DNA of 37,568 nt, taken from a virus (Duplodnaviria > Caudoviricetes). Shown here in pieces: positions 30,952 to 37,568 of this stretch; positions within the stretch are counted from its first letter, which is position 1, and every line of letters begins with the position of its first letter. The stretch is taken from positions 1-37,568 of the IMG/VR virus record IMGVR_UViG_3300037420_000520; one strand, 5' to 3'. The translations under genes were made by a program, and so were the position numbers. A model generated the notes under the pieces. The model saw nothing but the letters and a program-made list of their open reading frames with translations. It was not told where the DNA came from and did no database searches.

Positions 30952-31066
30952 ATCGAATCCTTGTATGGTTTTGACAAGCTGGAATATACAAGCTGGCTGT
31001 ATTTCATACAAGTAGAATGGATAGAAATATCAATGAGGCGAAGCCGAAAGGCAGAAAGAGGCAAAT

Positions 31067-31351
31067 ATGGCAAACTACGAACATTGGGATGGCGGAGTTG
31101 ATAATTCCGTGGACAGGATGCAAAAACTGATCGAGCACAGATGTGCCGAGATTGAGAAACGGCTCACTGATCGTGCCCAGCAAGCGACAGCATCGGCGCA
31201 GGATGTCCGCATGGCATGCATGTCGCTTGTGTGTGAAGGCGCGAACCTTTTTGCTGCTCATGCGGCTGAGGATGCAGTTACCGCCGCTGACAAACTTGCT
31301 TCCTTCGTCCTGAACGGCAAGGCGAAGCCGGAGGAGAAGTCCAATGGCTGA
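31067..31351 (+). CDS. Phage hypothetical protein
   Basis: 94 aa, AGAGG RBS. Confidence 0.7.
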   Translation: MANYEHWDGGVDNSVDRMQKLIEHRCAEIEKRLTDRAQQATASAQDVRMACMSLVCEGANLFAAHAAEDAVTAADKLASFVLNGKAKPEEKSNG

Positions 31352-31556
31352 GGAGGTCAAAGAGAATGCAGCGATCCGCATTCTGAAACGCCGCAGGGAA
31401 GAATGCAGCCGCAGTCTCGATATGGCTGAGGCTGCGGTGCTTTCGGCCCATAGCCGGGCTGGCGAAGCCATAGAGAACGTTGCTGGATGGCGGCGCGAAC
31501 TATCTGAGATCGACGCCGCGTTGGCTGCTCTTGAGGCGGGAGGCGTCGATGGCTGA
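31344..31556 (+). CDS. Small coiled-coil protein (paralog 1)
   Basis: MAEEVKENAAIRILKRRREEC...RELSEIDAAL..LEAGGVDG. Confidence 0.7.
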   Translation: MAEEVKENAAIRILKRRREECSRSLDMAEAAVLSAHSRAGEAIENVAGWRRELSEIDAALAALEAGGVDG

Positions 31557-31758
31557 GGCGCGCGACAAAGATTTCGCAGTCCAAGTGCTGAAACGGCAAA
31601 AGGCGGTCTGCGAGCGTTCCATCAAGATGGGCGTTGCATTTGGCGGCCGGTACACGGCTGCGCTTCGCTGCGGAGACTGGCTCTCTTTGTGCAAGAGAGA
31701 TTTGGCGGAGATTGATGGCGCCATTTCAAGATTACAGTTGGGAGGCGTCGATGGCTGA
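31549..31758 (+). CDS. Small coiled-coil protein (paralog 2)
   Basis: MAEARDKDFAVQVLKRQKAVC...RDLAEIDGAI..LQLGGVDG. Confidence 0.7.
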   Translation: MAEARDKDFAVQVLKRQKAVCERSIKMGVAFGGRYTAALRCGDWLSLCKRDLAEIDGAISRLQLGGVDG

Positions 31759-32044
31759 TCAAACATCGAAGCCGCTTGAGCGCTTCACCGCTCGGCGCAC
31801 GCGAAACGGCGGATGGATCATTGGCGAGGATGGCAGCGACCGTGGCATGATGTACCCGGAACATGCCTTCACCACCGCGGCCGACATGCTGGCGGCGCTG
31901 CCTGGGCTGATCGGTGCTGTTCCTGACAACGAGGCCGCAATGATCGCCAGATTGGATGCCGCGCGGCGAGCGCTGGGGATGGGTAGTTTGGGCGGTCCGA
32001 TTTCTGGTCCCGGGACTGACCGTCTCGTCCCTCGGGGAGTATGA
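31751..32044 (+). CDS. Phage hypothetical protein
   Basis: MADQTSKPLERF..RNGGWII...; GGAGG RBS. Confidence 0.65.
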   Translation: MADQTSKPLERFTARRTRNGGWIIGEDGSDRGMMYPEHAFTTAADMLAALPGLIGAVPDNEAAMIARLDAARRALGMGSLGGPISGPGTDRLVPRGV

Positions 32045-32048
32045 GGCG

Positions 32049-32285
32049 ATGGACGCTGAGGCTATTATCCGGCGCATGGTCGCCGAAAACTTCGACGCTG
32101 AACGGGCATACGAGCGACTGTGCCGTGATGGCCAATTCACTACCACCTCCACCATCGAAGACGGCAAAGTCAAAACCGACTTCATTGATCTTTGGGAACT
32201 CTACAAGGTCGAGCCGAGAGAAGATGAAGAGCATGGCGGCGTTCGCGTCATCTCCGAATATCTCTGGCCATTGGGCTTGAGGTAA
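32049..32285 (+). CDS. Phage hypothetical protein
   Basis: MDAEAIIRRMVAENF...; frame choice versus 32041-32280 based on composition. Confidence 0.5.
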   Translation: MDAEAIIRRMVAENFDAERAYERLCRDGQFTTTSTIEDGKVKTDFIDLWELYKVEPREDEEHGGVRVISEYLWPLGLR

Positions 32286-32289
32286 GGCA

Positions 32290-32586
32290 ATGCAGGACCG
32301 AAACGAAATTATCTCTGCAGTCGTCCAGAAGAACCGCGAAGCGTGCCGCCCCAAGATCGATCCAACGAAAGCCGACATTTGGGTTGGCGTCCCTCACCAA
32401 GACGGCAGCATTTGCCTCGCCGGTCCTCTTAATGATCGGATGGCAGAACTGATCGACGCCTACCGACGCTCTGGCTTGAAGGTCTGTGCACCTAGCGCAG
32501 ATGAAGAGACGGCGATCTACCTGCCGATTATCTCAGCGGGCTCAGCCATTGATTACATCGCTGGTCGTCATCGCGCTGTGGCCTGA
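32290..32586 (+). CDS. Phage hypothetical protein
   Basis: 98 aa, GAGGT RBS. Confidence 0.6.
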   Translation: MQDRNEIISAVVQKNREACRPKIDPTKADIWVGVPHQDGSICLAGPLNDRMAELIDAYRRSGLKVCAPSADEETAIYLPIISAGSAIDYIAGRHRAVA

Positions 32587-32628
32587 CGCTCGAACATCCT
32601 GCACCCACACAACTGGAGAATTTGAACC

Positions 32629-32973
32629 ATGGCCTTTTCAGGTGTCCATGCCATCTGCGGCTTTGTCGGCGGCGATGGCTTTTCCAAATCGCCGTCTCTG
32701 TCCACTACCATGCCAGTGATCTGCAAGCCGGTATGGTCTGAAGCCCCAAGCACGGGTGTTACCAGCACCAATATAGCACCAGCCGGCAGTAGCAACGGGG
32801 CAGCTTGTCGAACCGGCCAGCCGATGATGCGCTTTCGGGCGTCGGCGGATTCATGGGTATCTGTCGGGACAACGCCAGACGCTACCTCGGGAACGCGGTT
32901 CCTTGTGCCGTCTGACACCGACTATGATGTCTATGTGGAAGCCGGCGACAAATTTCAGTGGATCGCGGCATAA
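32629..32973 (+). CDS. Phage hypothetical protein (beta-rich)
   Basis: TGGAG RBS; ...FRASADSWVSVGTTPDA...RFLVP...VEAGDKFQWIAA. Confidence 0.8.
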   Translation: MAFSGVHAICGFVGGDGFSKSPSLSTTMPVICKPVWSEAPSTGVTSTNIAPAGSSNGAACRTGQPMMRFRASADSWVSVGTTPDATSGTRFLVPSDTDYDVYVEAGDKFQWIAA

Positions 32974-32976
32974 TGC

Positions 32977-34686
32977 ATGTTGTCCCGTTACAAAGGAGAT
33001 CGCTACAGGGCCGCTGCAAACCCTGAACTGGTGGCGTTTGTCGAATCCGACGAACTGCACTCGCTCGACTACGACAGCGCCTGTGATTTCTACGCTATGG
33101 TCGCAGAGACGGCCACTGAAGCGGATCTGGCTTATCTCGGGTGTGTGGATAGGTACTTCCTCTTTACCGCGATCCTGGGCCGGCATGACGGGTTTCATCC
33201 GTGGCTCTATGACAGGTGCCGGGAGGTGGAGTTGGAGCCGGATGGGTTCCTTGACCTATGGTCGCGTGACCACCGTAAAAGCTCGTTGATCACGTTCTCT
33301 GGCTGTATTCAGGAAATCCTGAGCGATCCTGACATAACCATTGGCATCTTCTCGCACACGCAAAAGATTGCCAAGGAGTTTGTGAAATGGATCAGGCGAG
33401 AGTTCGAGGCGAACAGCAAACTGCGGCGTCTTTACCCGGATGTGTGCTGGCTCAAGCCTGCAAGCGAAGCTCCGGTCTGGACTGAGAACGCTTTTACGGT
33501 TCGTCGGCGGGGCAATTCGAAAGAGGCAACCTTGGAAGGATGGGGCCTTGTCGATGGCCAGCCCACTGGCAAGCACTTCCGCCTCATTGTCTATGACGAT
33601 GTCGTGACCAAGGACAACGTGGCGAACGCGGACCAAATCAAGAAGACGACGGAGTCTTGGGAACTCTCGGACAATCTCGGCGCCGACGATGCCCGCAAGT
33701 GGCACATTGGTACAAGATATTCTTTCGCGGACTCCTACTCTGAGATCATCAATAAAGGCGTCGTGACGGTTCGGAAATACCCGGCCACAGACAACGGCAG
33801 GATTGATGGTAAGCCCGTCTTCCTTGATCCTGAGGTGTGGGAGAAGAAGAAGAAGGCCCAGACATCCACCCTCGCCGCACAGATGCTCCAGAACCCGCTG
33901 TCTGGCAAGGAACGGACATTCGATCCGACATGGTTCAAGCGCTGGGAAGTCCGCCCAGCTGCGGTCAACGTCTATATCATGGCCGATCCATCGCGGGGCA
34001 GGACAGCGACATCAGACCGGACGGCAATGCCGGTCATTGCCATCGATACCAAGGGCAAGAAATATCTGGTCGACGGCTTCTGTCACAGGATGACGCTCTC
34101 CCAGCGGTGGGATAACCTGAAGCACTTGCATAAGAAGTGGGCCGGGATGCCCGGTGTTGGCATTCTGAAAGTGGGATACGAGCGCTTCGGTCAGCAATCC
34201 GATGACGAGTATTTCACCGAGCGGATGCGCAACGACAACTATTTCTTCAACATCGAAGAGTTGGCTTGGCCCCGCGAAGGCGGAGCTTCGAAAGAGCATC
34301 GCGTCGAACGGCTGCAGCCTGACGTCCAGTTCGGAACGTTCTATTTTCCCGCATTTGTCCATGTACAGGGGCAAGGCGACTGCCAATGGTCAGTGGATGA
34401 AGATCAGCAGATCATGCGCTACGAGCCACTACGGGGCGAAACAGCGATCGTCAGACGCATGAAGGAACGAGGGCAGGGGTATCTTGCCGCCGCTCCTATC
34501 AAACGGAAGAACGAAGCTGGCGAGATATACGATCTCACCCGCGAGCTTATCGATGAAATGATGTTCTTCCCGTTCGCGCAGCATGACGATTTGGTCGATG
34601 CCGTGAGCAGAATTTACGACATGGAGCCGATGGCGGCGGCTGTGATTGAAGTTTTGCCGGAAGAGAAAATTCCGGAAGATGCGTGA
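32977..34686 (+). CDS. terL: Terminase large subunit
   Basis: LWSRDHRKSS (Walker A variant), LIVYDD (Walker B), IGTRY, YIMADP and QHDDLVDA nuclease motifs. Confidence 0.93.
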   Translation: MLSRYKGDRYRAAANPELVAFVESDELHSLDYDSACDFYAMVAETATEADLAYLGCVDRYFLFTAILGRHDGFHPWLYDRCREVELEPDGFLDLWSRDHRKSSLITFSGCIQEILSDPDITIGIFSHTQKIAKEFVKWIRREFEANSKLRRLYPDVCWLKPASEAPVWTENAFTVRRRGNSKEATLEGWGLVDGQPTGKHFRLIVYDDVVTKDNVANADQIKKTTESWELSDNLGADDARKWHIGTRYSFADSYSEIINKGVVTVRKYPATDNGRIDGKPVFLDPEVWEKKKKAQTSTLAAQMLQNPLSGKERTFDPTWFKRWEVRPAAVNVYIMADPSRGRTATSDRTAMPVIAIDTKGKKYLVDGFCHRMTLSQRWDNLKHLHKKWAGMPGVGILKVGYERFGQQSDDEYFTERMRNDNYFFNIEELAWPREGGASKEHRVERLQPDVQFGTFYFPAFVHVQGQGDCQWSVDEDQQIMRYEPLRGETAIVRRMKERGQGYLAAAPIKRKNEAGEIYDLTRELIDEMMFFPFAQHDDLVDAVSRIYDMEPMAAAVIEVLPEEKIPEDA

Positions 34687-34804
34687 GGCGAAAGAGGCGC
34701 AGATGAAGACGCGCTCCCAGAAGATGACTGAGCACCTTGGGCGGTTGCGAAGGTGTATCCAGCAAAACCGAGACGAAAGTGAACTGAGGCGAAGGAACAC
34801 GATC

Positions 34805-35254
34805 ATGAATGACGAACGGAAGCTTGAGCAGGAAATCCAGGCCAAGGGACTGAGTGCCCCGCGCCTGACGCCAGATCAAATCGACGGCAAGGTGGCACGG
34901 TCTGACTATTGGATCGTGCCGAACACGACATGCACCGTGTGCGCAATCACTCTCCAGAACGGCTATGTCGTAACGGGCGAAAGCGCCGCAGCATCGCCGG
35001 AGAACTTTGACGAGCGCATCGGCCGGCAGATCGCCTTCAAGAACGCTCGGGAAAAGATATGGGCGCTTGAGGGCTATCTGCTGCGCCAAACGTTACACGA
35101 CAAACCGCCGACAGATGAGCCGACGGCTCTCGACTACCTGGAGCCCATATCTGGGACCAAGGGCAAGATCGACGGGCGATCAACCCGCGACGGCCAGGAG
35201 TTGGTTCGCATTCAGGACCATTGGTTCCCGGCATCTGCGGTGGTTCCGGCATGA
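34805..35254 (+). CDS. N4 gp49 / Sf6 gp66 family protein with a C-terminal extension
   Basis: APRLTPDQID...TVCAITLQNGYVVTGESAAASPENFDERIGRQIA...KIWALEGYLL. Confidence 0.88.
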   Translation: MNDERKLEQEIQAKGLSAPRLTPDQIDGKVARSDYWIVPNTTCTVCAITLQNGYVVTGESAAASPENFDERIGRQIAFKNAREKIWALEGYLLRQTLHDKPPTDEPTALDYLEPISGTKGKIDGRSTRDGQELVRIQDHWFPASAVVPA

Positions 35255-35472
35255 CGCGCGAGAATGTCGATGTCGATCTCCATGAAGATCGCGAGGACGC
35301 GGTTCAAGCCGCGCTCGACAAATCAGACATCGGCGACAAAGTCATTATTTGCCGCGGCGATTGGGCAACTTGTCCTGATGGCGAAATCTGCCCCATGTGC
35401 GCCCGTGTCGTTGTGACTGAGGGCATGACGGCAAGAGATGCTCTTGATGCAGCCAAGGCTTCGCACGCATGA
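35251..35472 (+). CDS. Small Cys-containing protein
   Basis: IICRG...CPDGEICPMC; ATGA-coupled. Confidence 0.65.
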   Translation: MTRENVDVDLHEDREDAVQAALDKSDIGDKVIICRGDWATCPDGEICPMCARVVVTEGMTARDALDAAKASHA

Positions 35473-35723
35473 GCGCCGACAACGTTATTCATCTAGGCCC
35501 GGTAGCGGCTTTGAATGATATACCGGGTCAGCTTCGTGACATGGCCGACAGGATCGAGCGTGGCGAGATCATTGCGGAGTCTGCCCTGTTCATCATCCCA
35601 GAAGAAAGCGATTGGCCGCGCATTTACGGATGGGGCGATCACCTCGGCGACTATGGCAACATCGCAGTCCTCGATCTCGCGAAGACATGGTTCATCCACA
35701 ATTTGACTGCGCGGAAAGCTTGA
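35469..35723 (+). CDS. Phage hypothetical protein
   Basis: DIPGQLRDMADRIERGE...IYGWG. Confidence 0.75.
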   Translation: MSADNVIHLGPVAALNDIPGQLRDMADRIERGEIIAESALFIIPEESDWPRIYGWGDHLGDYGNIAVLDLAKTWFIHNLTARKA

Positions 35724-36053
35724 ATGGCCCGTCTTGTCGAACGATCCTACCTCTCGCTCTTGCTGGAGGCGGACCCGGATTATTACACGACCAGCCGCAA
35801 CACCAATCGGGCTGAATATCGTTTCTCGAATGGCCGCGAATTCCTCGGGCATAACATCTACGAGAACTACAAGCCCTTTCTATACGGTGTCGAATATCTG
35901 GGTGTCCCCGTTTTCTACAACGGCGAGATCGTCACCTATCAGACCACCGAACTCTACGATGAGTTCTTCGACAATCCATACACGCAATGGGTCACGGATG
36001 ACGACGGCAACTATGTCGTTGATCTCTATGGCCGGTATGTGACCGGGAATTAG
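35724..36053 (+). CDS. Tyr/Asp-rich hypothetical protein
   Basis: 109 aa, abuts upstream stop; YRFSNGREF. Confidence 0.7.
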   Translation: MARLVERSYLSLLLEADPDYYTTSRNTNRAEYRFSNGREFLGHNIYENYKPFLYGVEYLGVPVFYNGEIVTYQTTELYDEFFDNPYTQWVTDDDGNYVVDLYGRYVTGN

Positions 36054-36060
36054 GCGGACC

Positions 36061-36444
36061 ATGTTCAAACTGAACTACGAGTGCGGCGATGATGGCGGCA
36101 ACGAATACGGCCGAATGGAAGTCGAGACGGCGAAGTGGGCGGGCGAGATGTTGCACCGCCATTACCCCGGTTATCCGTGGTTTGTCGAAGTCCGCGGCGA
36201 CAAATACAACGCCGTGATCCAGTTGCAGATCAGAGGTATCATGCCGCCTGACCGCTGGTACGTGGTGAAGTTCCGCGATGTCCTGACCGATCCCGGCGGC
36301 AGGAGAACCATCCTCAAAGGCGCTGGAGAGCTTCTGGAGCGCTACAACATCCCCCGCTCCGGCTTCACTACCGACCACTGGCGCGCCGCGCTGGAGCGTT
36401 TCCCCATCGGCAACGGACGAGGTCATCTTGAACCCCTCAAATAA
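36061..36444 (+). CDS. Phage hypothetical protein preceding the portal
   Basis: GEMLHRHYPGYPWFV...GAGELLERYNIPRS. Confidence 0.8.
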   Translation: MFKLNYECGDDGGNEYGRMEVETAKWAGEMLHRHYPGYPWFVEVRGDKYNAVIQLQIRGIMPPDRWYVVKFRDVLTDPGGRRTILKGAGELLERYNIPRSGFTTDHWRAALERFPIGNGRGHLEPLK

Positions 36445-37568
36445 CCGCGTCCCCGGCGAGGATTTCACGCGCCAGAGCGACAGCACTCCCGCCGATGACA
36501 AGCAGTGGATCGACCTGTTCAAGAATGCGAAGAAGTCGGCCGAGGACCACCAGACTACAAAACTGCAGGCGGCATGGTCGCGGAACTATCGGGCATTTGC
36601 AAACCGGCATTTCAACGGCTCGAAATATGATACCTATCGCTACCGCTCGCGCTCGAAACTGTTCAAGCCCAAGACCAGGGCGGCTGTGCGCAAGAACGAC
36701 GCCACCGCAGCGGCTTCCATGTTCTCGACAGAGGATGTGGTGTCCATCACGCCAGAGCGCGCCAGCGACAAACTGCAGATGTCCATGGCGAGGTTCCTGC
36801 ACGAGGACCTGAACTATCGCCTCGACCGATCCAACAAATGGGCCGGCCCGAATTGGTTCCTCACCGCCATCGGCGCAAGACAGGATACTCAACTCACGGG
36901 CATTTGCGTTTCAAAGCAATATTGGGAGTACGAAGAGCGCGTCGTCTCCACCTATGTCGATATCCAGACACAGACCATGGCGCTTGACGAAACCGGAATG
37001 CCGATCATCGACATGGCCACTGGCCAGCCGGTGATGACGACAAGTGTTGAACAAGGCATTCAGGATACGGTCGACATCGTTCGCGATCGGCCGATGATCA
37101 CGCTCATCCCGCCGGAACATGCTCTGATCGACAGGACAGGCGACTGGCGCGATCCGATCCAAGAGGGCGGGTTCTTTATCGCTGCCATGCCGGCGCGCAT
37201 TGACGATGTCGAGTACATTGTTGCGCAGCAGGCGACCCGCAACGTCATGGGTGGTGGGAAGTGGCGGGACGACATCGATCTTGCCAAGCTTCGCCAGGCC
37301 AAGGCGCAGAAGCAGGACAATGCTGCATCTGTCAGGCGTGCCCGTGGCGATGGCATCGATCCCTATGACAGCGCGTTTCAAGGTAAGGACAACGAAACCG
37401 TCTGGCTGTATGAAGTCTTCTACCGCAAGGACGGCGAGGATTGGCATTTCTGGATGTTGGGCGACAACATCCTCTTGAGCGATCCGCGACCGACGATCGA
37501 GAGCTATCCAGAGCAGTTCGGCGACAGGCCATATGTCCGCGGTCTCGGCGCCCTTGAGGCCCACAAGA
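36428..37568 (+). CDS. Portal protein, podovirus type (runs off the right edge)
   Basis: Hand translation from TTG 36428 (GAGGT RBS): ...RSKLFKPKTRAAVRK...LNYRL...TGICVSKQYWEY...DRPMITLIPPE...RPYVRG; open to the end; follows terL. Confidence 0.85.
   Translation, partial: MNPSNNRVPGEDFTRQSDSTPADDKQWIDLFKNAKKSAEDHQTTKLQAAWSRNYRAFANRHFNGSKYDTYRYRSRSKLFKPKTRAAVRKNDATAAASMFSTEDVVSITPERASDKLQMSMARFLHEDLNYRLDRSNKWAGPNWFLTAIGARQDTQLTGICVSKQYWEYEERVVSTYVDIQTQTMALDETGMPIIDMATGQPVMTTSVEQGIQDTVDIVRDRPMITLIPPEHALIDRTGDWRDPIQEGGFFIAAMPARIDDVEYIVAQQATRNVMGGGKWRDDIDLAKLRQAKAQKQDNAASVRRARGDGIDPYDSAFQGKDNETVWLYEVFYRKDGEDWHFWMLGDNILLSDPRPTIESYPEQFGDRPYVRGLGALEAHK

Larger units (their letters stand above)
1..37568. 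mobile_element. Temperate phage/prophage segment (early, immunity, replication, tRNA and packaging modules); both ends lie outside the window
   Basis: Divergent cI/cro switch, DnaB helicase, RuvC-like resolvase, terS, terL and portal in lambdoid order; dense translationally coupled small ORFs. Confidence 0.97.

Noticed and set aside
36911-37564. 217 aa minus-strand ORF at the right edge
   Set aside because: Antisense shadow of the portal gene, which the ORF track missed because it has no stop in the window

Overview
A 37.6 kb slice of a temperate tailed phage or prophage. The host is probably a Rhizobiales-type alphaproteobacterium, inferred from gene content, GC-rich codon usage and the many EAA-stop/ATGA-coupled genes. 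Left to right: a leftward early operon of small accessory genes with an HNH endonuclease (1-5876); a lambda-like immunity switch (pL, TGCCA-N2-TGGCA operators, cI with S24 domain, cro); a long rightward operon (small regulators, a three-gene MotA/TolQ/ExbB-type membrane module, RuvC-like resolvase, N6-adenine methylase, DnaB helicase, cytosine methylase, DnaA-C-domain protein, RepL-like protein); three tRNAs followed by structured non-coding RNA candidates and an HNH-AP2 gene; then terS, terL and the start of a podovirus-type portal. Most striking observations: (1) a 2478 bp ISL3-family element with an 8 bp target duplication splits the phage cytosine methylase gene and itself carries a second cytosine methylase, apparently a two-polypeptide enzyme encoded in overlapping frames; (2) a phage-encoded ExbB/ExbD- or MotA/MotB-like module with an unusual periplasmic domain and a third membrane gene; (3) a tRNA-shaped ncRNA candidate behind the tRNAs; (4) a stand-alone CapW-like winged helix; (5) several intergenic hairpins displaying anti-Shine-Dalgarno loops. 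All family assignments come from motif recognition by eye; no database searches were run. No integrase, att site, capsid, tail or lysis genes are visible in this window.
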